Assembly (NCBI GenBank): GCA_964016885.1
Contig: CAXHJY010001024.1
Location: 1-64,000 of the forward strand
DNA length: 64,000 nt
Source: Eledone cirrhosa
Lineage: Eukaryota
Direction: 5' to 3'
Shown: positions 14,364 to 27,730 of the stretch, piece after piece
Numbering within the stretch: position 1 is the stretch's first letter
Layout: each line of letters opens with the position of its first letter
Notes under the pieces: model-generated
Told to the model about the DNA's origin: nothing
What the model saw: the letters and a program-made list of their open reading frames with translations, nothing else
The model's database searches: none
Translations under genes and position numbers: made by a program

Positions 14364-14520
14364 TTCAGACCTGGAGAAGGTTGGGCACCGCCAGGCTTAA
14401 AAGGGGCCTAGACACGCCGTATGATGGTGCCTCTCGCTCTGAGTTCAAATCCCTCCGGGGTCAAATTTGCCTTTCATCCTTTCGAGGTCGATAAAAAAAG
14501 TACCAGTCCAGTACTGGGGT
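14364..14520 (+). mobile_element. Short dispersed repeat fused to an S1-like SINE body fragment
   Basis: cagacctggagaaggttggg...ccaggcttaaaa...cctagacac recurs at 15428-15497; followed by gagttcaaatcc...gcctttcatcctttcgaggtcgataaaa. Confidence 0.6.
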
Positions 14521-14547
14521 CAATTCTTCTTATCTGTCTCTTTCTTT

Positions 14548-14922
<375 letters not shown>

Positions 14923-14923
<1 letters not shown>

Positions 14924-15184
14924 GCAAAATTAAAATTAAGGGTTGTCATGTCTGAGAGTCATGCGCCATATCCACCGTAGAATAAGCTCAAAGATTAGAT
15001 CCGAGCATTACATATCAACTAGAAATAGATTGACATATATCAATTTAACAGGTATCTATATTTGAAGTTCTAGTCAAACTTTAATTAGTTACCTACCTAG
15101 CTATGTGTGCCTACATTCTTTACAAATTATTTCCTGGGATTGTTTCATGTATTTATTTTATATATATGTCAATCTATTTCTAGT

Positions 15185-15190
<6 letters not shown>
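14923..15190 (-). mobile_element. Family G hairpin-plus-tail element (no HHR seen)
   Basis: atatcaactagaaatagattgacatatat (15012-15040) inverted at 15161-15190; about 85-nt tail ending ttttgca(TA)n on the minus strand. Confidence 0.6.
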
Positions 15191-15248
<58 letters not shown>

Positions 15249-15625
15249 CACAACGACTTTCTTTAGCCGTTGCTCGCACCAACCGGAGGTATATGGTCTT
15301 TAAAGCGAAGAAATACCGATGATGGTTGGAAGATCACTGATGAAGGACCACCTTATTCAAATGTAACCCATTTGCAACTCTGCAGCACGTTTATTCTCAT
15401 ATATATATACCAGTCTAGAACTAGGGTCGACTTGGAGAGGGTTGGGTTTCACCAGGCTTAAAAGTGCCCTAGACACCCCGTAGTCGGTGCCTCTACGACA
15501 CAAGGAGTTATGGGATATTTATACTTATCCTTATGTTCCATAACTTAGCGGTTTGCCAAAATGAAATCGATCAAGTCATGTACTGGGGTCGATATGATGG
15601 GGAAAAAGCACGTGTGTTTCAATCA

Positions 15626-15692
<67 letters not shown>

Positions 15693-15857
15693 TCGCCTTA
15701 CTATCGTTCTCTCTATATTTCTGTATATTCTGTCTGGCTCTCTTTGTGTATGTGTGTGTGTATGTATTTATATATATATATATATACATACATACATACA
15801 TACATACATACGTATGTATATATATCACATAAGATGCGACGAATTAAAATTTATTAG

Positions 15858-15950
15858 ACATATTACAATCGTTTCTCTGGCGACCAGCTCGAGGCACGAT
15901 CGATGCAATGATCGAACCCGACTCTGAAATCGCAAGATCATCAGAAGCAG
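15858..15950 (-). ncRNA. Hammerhead motif with extended (about 62 nt) stem II
   Basis: Minus strand CTGATGA-tcttgcga...tcgccaga-GAAAC-gatt-GTA; stem I weak. Confidence 0.5.
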
Positions 15951-16125
15951 AGTTTATAATTTGTTTTTATGTATGTATATATATGCATACATACATACAT
16001 ACATACATATATTTATATATATATGAATGAACACACATATATATATATATAAACATATATATAGACACATATAAAATGTTATGAATATATATGTATTTAT
16101 ACATAAATAATATATATTTATATAT

Positions 16126-16170
<45 letters not shown>

Positions 16171-16221
16171 CATATATATATATATTTATACATATATATA
16201 TATATATTTATATTTATATAT

Positions 16222-16266
<45 letters not shown>

Positions 16267-16342
16267 TATATACATATATATATATATTTATACATATATA
16301 TACATATATATATACATACATATATATATTGATACATACATA

Positions 16343-16388
<46 letters not shown>

Positions 16389-16709
16389 CACACACACACA
16401 TATATATAGATAGATGTATTTATACATGTATATATATATATATATATGCACACCCACCCACACACACATATATATATACACATATACATACACACACAAA
16501 CCATGTATCTATGTATATATACCCGGTGTTGTTTTAACATTAAGAGAAGAGACTCGTCCATACATCGAAACCTTATGTGTTCCATTATTGACACATCGGC
16601 CCCTCCCTGCCTTACGTTGCCCCACCCCCCGGGGGAATCACACATATCAGTCACTGGGTTCCTGTATCAAACCACCAAACAATACCATACCGTTATTGAT
16701 GTTGTGTGT

Positions 16710-17270
16710 AGTGGTGGTGGTGGTGGTGGTAGGGGGGGGGTTATTGGTGATGGTGGTGTTGTTGTTGTTGTTGGTGGTGGTGGTGATGGTGGTGGTGGTG
16801 GTGATGGTGGTGTTGTTGTTGTTGGTGATGGTGGTGTTGTTGTTGGTGGTGGTGATGGTGGTGTTGTTGTTGTTGTTGGTGGTGGTGTTGTTGTTGTTGT
16901 TGTTGTTGTTGGTGGTGGTGGTGATGGTGGTGGTGATGGTGGTGATGGTGTTGGTGTTGTTGTTGTTGGTGGTGGTGATCGTGGTGTTGTTGGTGGTGTT
17001 GGTGGCGTTGTTGCTGTTGTTGTTGGTGGTGGTGATGCTGGTGTTGTTGTTGTTGTTTGTGGTGGTGGTGGTGGTGGTGGTGGTGGTGGTGGTGGTGGTG
17101 GTGATGGCGATCGTGTTGTTGCTGTGGTGAGGATGGTGGTGGTGGTGGTAAAGGTGGTGGTGGTAGTGATGATGATAATAGTAGTGATGATGGTGATAGT
17201 GATGATGGTGTTGGTGATAATGGTGATGATAGTGGTGATGATGGTTGTGATGATGATGGTGAAGTTGTTT
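16710..17270. repeat. (GGT/GTT/GAT)n low-complexity tract
   Basis: Direct inspection. Confidence 0.95.
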
Positions 17271-17449
17271 GTTATTCTAATTTTACACAATAAAGGTTTG
17301 ACATTCAACAAGGCTGTTCTTAGCAAAATACACGCCTAGGAGGGCAGCCACAATATGGTGCGCTTTTAGTCGTGCTAGAAATAGCAGCCCAATGAAACCT
17401 TTGATAGCAATGGACAATGGATGATGGTTTTAAATACACCCACCCACAC

Positions 17450-17505
<56 letters not shown>

Positions 17506-17510
<5 letters not shown>

Positions 17511-17836
17511 GAAAATAAAACAAAGAAGCCTTCAATACATCAAAAGTCTTTATTAGCCAACAATGTTTCGTCCTATTAAGGACTCATCAGGGCAATTAAA
17601 ACTACAAGAAACACTATCGGCCAATACAAGCCGAAAACTCAGAAGAATATGGAGTGTACATACACTAAAGTATTGGAAGATTATGGGTAAAAATATATAT
17701 ATTTCGTTTCTGAATTTGTTTAGCAAGATTTCCCCAGTCACTGAAGAGGTCACAGAATGCGTGACGAAAGAACTTTGACAATATATGAATAATCATCTGG
17801 TTGTGGAACCAACCAACCAACCGGAAATTTATAAGT
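17506..17836. mobile_element. Family D/I element: inverted 3' part (HHR I, minus, 17552-17596) joined to forward part (HHR D, plus, 17737-17779)
   Basis: Plus strand gtca-CTGAAGA-gGTCACagaatgcGTGAC-GAAA-gaac-TT-tgac; minus-strand copy of the 12485 HHR. Confidence 0.8.
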
Positions 17837-18464
17837 CACGTGAATGTTCAATAATAAAAGAGGTGAAATGATGTATAGTATTGTTATAACACTAAGGTGT
17901 GTGGGAGTGTGTTCAGATTGTACGTACTGTAAGGGAATCCATTAGGCCCTGTCGTATGGGATACTTGTGGATTGAAATGTATGAAGGATGTATGTTGATG
18001 TAGGTATGTATGTGGACGTGTGTATGTTGTGGGTTCGTCTTGGGGAGAAGTGTTTATGCAGATATATAAATATATATATATATATATATAAATGATAGGA
18101 TTTGAACTCAGAACGCAAAGGGCCATAACTATGCTGCACAGCATATATATATATATAGAGAGAGAGATATGCGTGTGGGAGTGTGTGGGTGGGTGTATTT
18201 AAAACCATCATCCATTGTCCATTGTTACCAAAGGTTTATATATATATATTTATACAATGCCATTCATCGTAAGTTTGAATCTGACAGGCAAAAACATATA
18301 TATAGGAATAAAGTAAGCCCAAATCATAGTAGATTCAAATATCAGAGAGAGAGAGAGGGGGGAATGAGGTGGAACAGAAATGAAACGGATTACAGGTTAA
18401 AATATAGTCTAGATAGATGTGAAACAAAACGAGGGTGTAGTTTATGGAACACCCAAATGATTTA

Positions 18465-19405
18465 TAAGTCGACCTTAAGTAGGAGCAATAACATTAAGAA
18501 AGACATGAAGGACTCCACAACACTTTGTTTAGAAGTCTACCTTAAGTAGGAGCAATAACATTAAGAAAGACATGAAGGACTCCACAACACTTTGTTTAGA
18601 AGTCCACCTTAAGTAGGAGCAATAACATTAAGAAAGACATGAACGACTCCACAACTCTTTGTTTAGAAGTCCACCTTAAGTAGGAGCAATAACATGAAGA
18701 AAGACATGAACGACTCCACAACTCTTTGTTTAGAAGTCCACCTTAAGTAGGAGCAATAACATGAAGAAAGACATGAACGACTCCACAACTCTTTGTTTAG
18801 AAGTCTACCTTAAGTAGGAGCAATAACATTAAGAAAGACATGAAGGACTCCACAACACTTTGTTTAGAAGTCCACCTTAAGTAGGAGTAATAACATTAAG
18901 AAAGACATGAACGACTCCACAACACTTTGTTTAGAAGTCTACCTTAAGTAGGAGCAATAACATTAAGAAAGACATGAAGGACTCCACAACACTTTGTTTA
19001 GAAGTCCACCTTATGTAGGAGTAATAACATTAAGAAAGACATGAACGACTCCACAACACTTTGTTTAGAAGTCTACCTTAAGTAGGAGCAATAACATTAA
19101 GAAAGACATGAAGGACTCCACAACACTTTGTTTAGAAGTCTACCTTAAGTAGGAGCAATAACATTAAGAAAGACATGAAGGACTCCACAACACTTTGTTT
19201 AGAAGTCTACCTTAAGTAGGAGCAATAACATTAAGAAAGACATGAAGGACTCCACAACACTTTGTTTAGAAGTCTACCTTAAGTAGGAGCAATAACATTA
19301 AGAAAGACATGAAGGACTCCACAACAGTTTGTTTAGAAGTCGACCTTAAGTAAGGAGCAATAAGATTAAGAAAGACATGAACGACTCCACAACACTTTGT
19401 TTTGA
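18465..19405. repeat. 67-bp tandem array, about 14 copies, inside the left arm of a fold-back element
   Basis: accttaagtaggagcaataacattaagaaagacatgaaggactccacaacactttgtttagaagtc repeated. Confidence 0.95.
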
Positions 19406-19790
19406 ACATTTTGAAAGTATGTTTATAAGTATGAATTTTCATAAGATTTTCATAGTTGTCTCTGTGGCCTAGCGGTAGGTATTAGAGATGGTGGATTTCC
19501 TGAACTCGGGTTCAATCCTAGTCAAGAGGTACATGTAAAGTTGTTCAGTTCTTATTTTACAACCAATAGAAAAACACTGAAAAGGTTTACCGGGAACCCT
19601 ACTCCCGACCAGGATCGAACTTCACACCAGGATCACCACCGTCTATGATTCCTCCAAGTAGGCCACAGAGACAGCTACAAACGTATAATGAAAATTGATA
19701 ATTATAAACCTACTTTCAAAATCAAAGTTAAAAAGATGTGGTGTCGTTCATGGCTTTCCCAGAGCTATTACACTTATTTAGGGTCGACTT
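19335..19790. mobile_element. Fold-back element with two convergent tRNA-like (Pol III A/B box) heads
   Basis: Plus: tggcctagcgg (19465-19475), ggttcaatcc (19509-19518). Minus: tggcctacttgg, agttcgatcc (19602-19672). Diverged inverted arms reach aagtcgacc/ggtcgactt; partial copy at 21061-21160. Confidence 0.6.
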
Positions 19791-19915
19791 GTCAATCTTC
19801 TGGCATTTTGGTAACAACCTCATTATTCCTATGTGTGTTTAACTGTTGAATTAGTTTAATTTGATTATTTTAACAAACAAATAATATACATCTATATATA
19901 TATATATATATATAT

Positions 19916-20336
19916 ATAGGAAAAAGTATGAACCCGACGGCAGAGCTCAAGCCGTTTCGACGGCTATTTCTGGACTAAAATAAAACATCTTATCTTTTCG
20001 CAAAAAAGTCGATTTTTTGCGTGAGCATCCGAAGGTAAAGTTTTCTCGGTGGAACTGGGATGTTCTTGGTGGAGAAGTCGATGTTGTGTTTTCGCATCGT
20101 GCGGGTAAAGAAACTTGAGCTGGGTGGAAAAGTTGGGATATGCCGTGGTAGAGTCGGGAAGTGCTCTACTACAGAAATGGTCTAGTACAGAAGTGCTCTA
20201 GTCCAGAAATAGCCGTCGAAACGGCTTGAGCTCTGCCGTCGGGGTCATAGTTTTTCCTATTTCTCACTCTACTACCCTAAGTATTGAGTACTCTGGTGCG
20301 TTATGGTCCATCTGTGGTTCCTTACCATATTTCCTT

Positions 20337-20342
<6 letters not shown>
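19916..20342 (+). mobile_element. Family B hairpin-plus-tail element with HHR 3' half
   Basis: Arms 19916-19977 and 20199-20260; about 220-nt structured spacer; 80-nt tail; (TA)n flanks; GAAA-CGGC-ttGAGCTCt-GCCG-TC. Confidence 0.75.
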
Positions 20343-20379
<37 letters not shown>

Positions 20380-20567
20380 TAATTTAATATATCAACTAAC
20401 ATAGGCGCACAGATGCACGTCCATGCCAGCAAATACACAGGTTATGTCATAGTACCTAGGTGGTTCAATGCAGAAACTAATTAGTTGGAGTGAAAATTTA
20501 AGTAAGTAAGTAAAAAAAGAAAAAAAAATTTTTTAACTTTTTTTAAAAAATATTTTCTTATCTTACG

Positions 20568-20636
<69 letters not shown>

Positions 20637-20824
20637 TGCGTATATATATATATATAAATATGTATATATACATATGTATGTATATATATATATACATATG
20701 TATATATACATATGTATGTATATATACATATGTATGTATATATATATATACATATGTATATATACATATGTATGTATATATACATATGTTTGTATATATA
20801 CATATGTATGTATATATATATATG

Positions 20825-20923
<99 letters not shown>

Positions 20924-20932
20924 ATATGTATG

Positions 20933-21007
<75 letters not shown>

Positions 21008-21028
21008 ATATATATATAAATATGTATG

Positions 21029-21063
<35 letters not shown>

Positions 21064-21356
21064 TCCTATGTGTGTTTAACTGACTCCTCCCACTAGGCCA
21101 CCGAGGCAGCTACAAATGTGTAATGGAAATTGATAATTATAGACCTACATTCAAAATCAATTTACAATCTACAAAAGCGATCACATATCTTTCAACTGCG
21201 TCCGTGGAGGACAAGATGACGAAACCATCACCATAGAGACCAGCCAGCGACACCCACAGCATCATCCAGTCCGCCTAACAAGTATTGTAATTATAAATAA
21301 AAGTTTGCATTTTTCTTTTTTCTATGTAAAAGCTATTATCACCATTACCATCGTCA

Positions 21357-21540
21357 TGGCAGTATCGGTAGAGGGTCGGACGCTATGCTTTCCAGCATAG
21401 AGTTACGTCCCTTTACGATCTGAGTTCAAATCCCGCCGAGGTTGACTTTGCTTTTCATCCTTACGGGGTCGATAAAATAAAGTACCAGTAATGCACTGGG
21501 GTAATTGCTGGCCTTGTGCCTAAAGTAGAAACAATTATTC
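21357..21540 (+). mobile_element. SINE S1
   Basis: A box, B box and body as at 2783-2966. Confidence 0.85.
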
Positions 21541-22729
21541 GATAAAATAAAGTACCAGTAATACACTGGGGTAATTGCTGGCCTTGTGCCAAAAGTAGAA
21601 ACAATTATGAGATAAAATAAAGTACCAGTAATACACTGGTTTAATTGCTGGCCTTGTGCCAAAAGTAGAAACAGTTATGAGATAAAATAAAGTACCAGTA
21701 ATACACTGGTTTAATTGCTGGCCTTGTGCCAAAAGTAGAAACAGTTATGAGATAAAATAAAGTACCAGTAATACACTGAGGTAATTGCTGGCCTTGTGCC
21801 TAAAGTAGAAACAATTATTCGATAAAATAAAGTACCAGTAATACACTGGGGTAATTGCTGGCCTTGTGCCAAAAGTAGAAACAATTATGAGATAAAATGG
21901 AGTACCAGTAATACACTGGTTAATTGCTGGCCTTGTGCCAAAAGTAGAAACAGTTATGAGATAAAATAAAGTACCAGTAATACACTGGTTTAATTGCTGG
22001 CCTTGTGCCAAAAGTAGAAACAGTTATGAGATAAAATAAAGTACCAGTAATACACTGAGGTAATTGCTGGCCTTGTGCCAAAAGTAGAAACAGTTATGAG
22101 ATAAAATAAAGTACCAGTAATACACTGGTTTAATTGCTGGCCTTGTGCCAAAAGTAGAAACAGTTATGAGATAAAATAAAGTACCAGTAATACACTGAGG
22201 TAATTGCTGGCCTTGTGCCAAAAGTAGAAACAGTTATGAGATAAAATAAAGTACCAGTAATACACTGGTTTAATTGCTGGCCTTGTGCCAAAAGTAGAAA
22301 CAATTATGAGATAAAATAAAGTACCAGTAATACACTGGGGTAATTGCTGGCCTTGTGCCAAAAGTAGAAACAGTTATGAGATAAAATAAAGTACCAGTGA
22401 TACACTGAGGTAATTGCTGGCCTTGTGCCAAAAGTAGAAACAATTATGAGATAAAATAAAGTACCAGTAATACACTGGGGTAATTGCTGGCCTTGTGCCA
22501 AAAGTAGAAACAATTATGAGATAAAATAAAGTACCAGTAATACACCGGGGTATTTGCTGGCCTTGTGCCAAAAGTAGAAACAATTATGAGATAAAATAAA
22601 GTACCAGTAATACACTGGGGTGATGGCTGGCCTTGTGCCTAAAGTAGAAACAATTATGAGATAAAATAAAGTACCAGTAATACACTGGAGTAATTGCTGG
22701 CCTTGTGCCTAAAGTAGAAACAATTATTA
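21471..22729 (+). repeat. 70-bp tandem array (18 units) of the SINE S1 3' end
   Basis: gataaaataaagtaccagtaatacactgg...ggccttgtgccaaaagtagaaacaattat repeated every 70 bp. Confidence 0.95.
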
Positions 22730-22741
22730 TTATAATTACTA

Positions 22742-22934
22742 GGGCGGTGGATTGGCAGTATCGGTAGGGGGTCGGACGCCATGCTTTGACGCAAAAAGTT
22801 ACGGCCCTTTACGTTCTCAGTTCAAATCCCGCCGAGGTTGACTTTGCATTTCATCCTTACGGGGTCGATAAAATTAAGTACCAGTAATGCACTGGCGTAA
22901 TTGCTGGCCTTGTGCCAAAAAGTAGAAATAATTA
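22742..22934 (+). mobile_element. SINE S1, full length
   Basis: gggcggtggattggcagtatcgg...agttcaaatcc...aaaagtagaaataatta. Confidence 0.85.
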
Positions 22935-22937
22935 TTT

Positions 22938-23002
22938 GTGGTAATGGTAGTGTTGGTGGTGGTGGTGGTGGTGGTAGTTGTGGTGGTGGTAGTAGTAGTA
23001 GC

Positions 23003-23042
<40 letters not shown>

Positions 23043-23043
23043 T

Positions 23044-23078
<35 letters not shown>

Positions 23079-23107
23079 ATGGTAGTAGTAACAGTAGTAG
23101 TAGTAGC

Positions 23108-23142
<35 letters not shown>

Positions 23143-23146
23143 CAGC

Positions 23147-23184
<38 letters not shown>

Positions 23185-23245
23185 TAGTAGTAGTAGTAGT
23201 AGCAGCAGCAGTAGTAGTGGTAGTAGTAGTAGTAGTAGCAGCAGC

Positions 23246-23283
<38 letters not shown>

Positions 23284-23293
23284 CACCAGTAGC

Positions 23294-23331
<38 letters not shown>

Positions 23332-23376
23332 CACCAGTAGCAGTAGCAGTAGTAGTGGTAGTAGTAGTAGTAGTAG
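22938..23376. repeat. (AGT)n tract
   Basis: Direct inspection. Confidence 0.95.
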
Positions 23377-23701
23377 TTTCTATTACCGTCCTTTGTATTC
23401 CCAATAATCTGTTAATTAAATCAAGACGTATATTATAAAAGATCTTAACGTTTATATACACACACATATATATGTGTATATAATGTATGTATATATAATG
23501 TGTGTGTATATAACATGTGTCTATGAAAACATTGAGGTGTGTCCCATCAGAAAATTGGAATTGCGTATTGAATTAGGTTAGATAATAGATATATATATGT
23601 ATATATATATATGGGTATATATATATATGGGTATATATATATGGGTATATATATACATATATATATATATATGGGTATATATATATGGGTATATATATGG
23701 G

Positions 23702-23736
<35 letters not shown>

Positions 23737-23737
23737 G

Positions 23738-23810
<73 letters not shown>

Positions 23811-24018
23811 GGGTATATATACACACATATATATATATTTATATATATATATATATAGAGAGAGAGAGATAGATAGATAGATAGATGCGTGTGTGTATGT
23901 ATATGTGTATGTATATATATATATATATATACATATATACCCATATATATATATACATATATATACACCCATATATATACATATACACCCATATATATAT
24001 ATATATATATATATACCC

Positions 24019-24093
<75 letters not shown>

Positions 24094-24174
24094 ATATACC
24101 AATAAATATATATATATATTATATATGCAAAAGTTCTATTTAAATTGTTGGGATATATATATTATATATATATA

Positions 24175-24214
<40 letters not shown>

Positions 24215-24252
24215 CTATATATATATAGATATACCCATATATATATATATAC

Positions 24253-24290
<38 letters not shown>

Positions 24291-24487
24291 CTATATATAT
24301 ATATATAGATATACCCATATATATATATATATATATACCCATATATATATATATATATATACCCATATATATATATATATATACACACCAGTTCCATTCA
24401 ACACAAAGAAATACTCACGTCTCTATAATTATTTTCATTTTTTTAGTATTTCAATGTGACTAAAGGAGGAAACTGATGTGAATTGAA

Positions 24488-26118
24488 CACTACCACCACT
24501 GCCTCCACCACTACCACCACTACCACCACCGCCTCCACCACTACCACTGCCTCCACCACTACCACCACTACCACCACCGCCTCCACCACTACCACTGCCT
24601 CCACCACTACCACCACTACCACCACCACTACCACATACCACCACTACCACTACCACCACCACCACCACTACCACCACCACTACCACCACCACTACCTCCA
24701 CTACCACCACCACTGCCACCACCACTACCACCACCACTGCCACCACTACTGCCACATACCACCACTACCACCACCACTGCCACCACTACTGCCACATACC
24801 ACCACTACCACCACCACCGCCACCACTACTGCCACATACCACCACTACCACCACCACTGCCACCACTACTGCCACATACCACCACTACCACCACCACTGC
24901 CACCACTACTGCCACATACCACCACTACCACCACCACTGCCACCACTACTGCCACATACCACCACTACCACCACCACTGCCACCACCACCACTACCACAT
25001 ACCACCACCACTACCACCACCACTGCCACCACCACTACCACATACCACCACTACCACCACCACTACCACCACCACTACCACCACTACCACCACATACCAC
25101 CACTACCACCACCACCACCACCACTACCACCACATACCACCACTGCCACCACCACTACCACCACCACTACCACTACCACCACCACTACCACTGCCACCAC
25201 TATTACCATTACCACTACCACCACCACTGCCACATACCACCACTACCACCACCACCACCACTACCACCACATACCACCACTGCCACATACCACCACTACC
25301 ACCACCACTGCCACCACTACCACCACCACTGCCACCACTACCACCACCACTGCCACCACTACCACCACCACTGCCACCACCACTGCCACATACCACTGCC
25401 ACCACCACTACCACCACCACCACTACTGCCACCACCACTACCACCACCACCACATACCACCACTACCACCACCACCACCACCACTGCCACCACCACATAC
25501 CACCACCACTGCCACCATCACTACCACCACCACTGCCACATACCACCACTACCACCACCACTGCCACCACCACTACCACCACCACTGCCACCACCACCAC
25601 CACCACCACTACCACCACCACTGCCACATACCACCACTACCACTACCACCACCACTACCACATACCACCACTACCACCACCACTACCACATACCACCACC
25701 ACTGCCACTACCACCACCACCACCACCACTGCCACCACCACATACCACCACCACTGCCACCATCACTACCACCACCACTGCCACATACCACCACTACCAC
25801 CACCACTGCCACCACCACTACCACCACCACTGCCACCACCACCACCACCACCACTACCACCACCACTGCCACATACCACCACTACCACTACCACCACCAC
25901 TACCACATACCACCACTACCACCACCACTACCACATACCACCACCACTGCCACTACCACTACCACCACCACCACATACCACCACTACCACCACCACTACC
26001 ACTACCACACACCACCACTACCACATACCACCAATACCATACACCACCACTACCACATACCACCACTACCACCACTACCACACACCGCCACTACCACATA
26101 CTACGACCACCACAACCA
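24488..26118. repeat. (CCA/CTA/CTG/CATA) compound tract
   Basis: Direct inspection. Confidence 0.95.
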
Positions 26119-26127
26119 ATATATAGT

Positions 26128-27185
26128 CATGGCTTAGTGTTAAAGCTAAGAGACGTTGATCATAAATGTTGTGTTACATTCCTGGGTTGTGTGTTGTGTT
26201 GTGTTCTTGAGCAAGACACTTAATGTCACGTTGCACCAGTATACTCAGCTGAAAATGAGTACTAGTAATAGCTGGGGGGTTTAACCCTGCGATGGACTGG
26301 CATGTGGCCTAGTGGTAAAGGTGTTGGACTTACAATCATAATGTTGTGTGTTAGATTCCTGGGTTGTGTGTTGTGTTGTGTTCTTGAGCAAGACACTTAA
26401 TGTCACGTTGCTCTTGTATACTCAGCTGAAAATGAGTACCAGTAATAGCTGGGGGGTTTAACCCTGCGATGGACTGGCATGTGGCCTAGTGGTAAAGGTG
26501 TTGGACTTACAATCATAATGTTGTGTGTTAGATTCCTGGGTTGTGTGTTGTGTTGTGTTCTTGAGCAAGACACTTAATGTCACGTTGCACCAGTATACTC
26601 AGCTGAAAATGAGTACTAGTAATAGCTGGGGGGTTTAACCCTGCGATGGACTGGCATGTGGCCTAGTGGTAAAGGTGTTGGACTTACAATCATAATGTTG
26701 TGTGTTAGATTCCTGGGTTGTGTGTTGTGTTGTGTTCTTGAGCAAGACACTTAATGTCACGTTGCACCAGTATACTCAGCTGAAAATGAGTACTAGTAAT
26801 AGCTGGGGGGTTTAACCCTGCGATGGACTGGCATGTGGCCTAGTGGTAAAGGTGTTGGTCTTACAATCATAATGTTGTGTGTTAGATTCCTGGGTTATGT
26901 GTTGTGTTGTGTTCTTGAGCAAGACACTTAATGTCACGTTGCACCAGTATACTCAGCTGAAAATGAGTACTAGTAATAGCTGGGGGGGTTTAACCCTGCG
27001 ATGGACTGGCATGTGGCCTAGTGGTAAAGGTGTTGGACTTACAATCATAATGTTGTGTGTTAGATTCCTGGGTTGTGTGTTGTGTTGTGTTCTTGAGCAA
27101 GTCATTTAATGTCACGTTGCACCAGTATACTCAGCTGAAAATGAGTACCAGCAATAGCTGGAGGTTTAACCGTGCGATGGACTGG
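26128..27185 (+). repeat. Six tandem 177-bp copies of the 5' part of a tRNA-derived CORE-like SINE (S2)
   Basis: A box tggcctagtgg, degenerate B box gttagattcc, CORE-like gtgttcttgagcaagacactt; units at 26301, 26478, 26655, 26832 and 27010 plus a diverged first unit. Confidence 0.85.
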
Positions 27186-27730
27186 CGTCTTGTCCAGGGG
27201 GGGAGTCCTGTGCCCTCAGTCGCGTCACGCTACGAAACCGGGATAATAAGTGCCGGCCTGACGAGTCTTCTGGCTTGAGACACACTTTAACCTTACGATT
27301 AACTGGCGTCCTCTCCAGGAGGACGCTTGTACTCTCAGTCGCTTCAAGCCACGGAAAGCGAGATAATTACCGGCCTGTCGAGCCTTCTGGTTTGAGACAG
27401 ACTTTAAACCTTCGAATGACTGGCGTCCTATCCAGGAGGAGGTCTTGTACTCTCAGTCGCTTCACGCCATGTAACCGAGATAAGTATCAGCCCGACCATC
27501 CTTTTGGCTTCAGACAGACTTTAAACCTTCGAACGACTGGCGTCCTATCCAGGAGGTGATCTTGTACTCTCAGTCGCTTCACGCCATGTAACCGAGATAA
27601 GTATCAGCCCGACCATCCTTTTGGCTTCAGACAGACTTTAAACCTTCGAACGACTGGCGTCCTATCCAGGAGGCGGTCTTGTACTCTCAGTCGCTTCATA
27701 AACCTGCGGGATCGAGACAGACTCTAAATT
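27186..27730 (+). repeat. About 4.5 tandem copies (about 118 bp) of the SINE S2 3' part
   Basis: actggcgtcctatccaggagg...ctctcagtcgcttcacgc...accgagataag...cagactttaaacc repeated. Confidence 0.8.

Noticed and set aside
15322-15365. CTGATGA-agg-acca-cctt as a hammerhead
   Set aside because: No GAAA after the stem and no stem I/III
19458-19672. Functional tRNA genes (also S1/S2 heads)
   Set aside because: A/B boxes are present but no convincing cloverleaf or acceptor stem; treated as SINE-like heads
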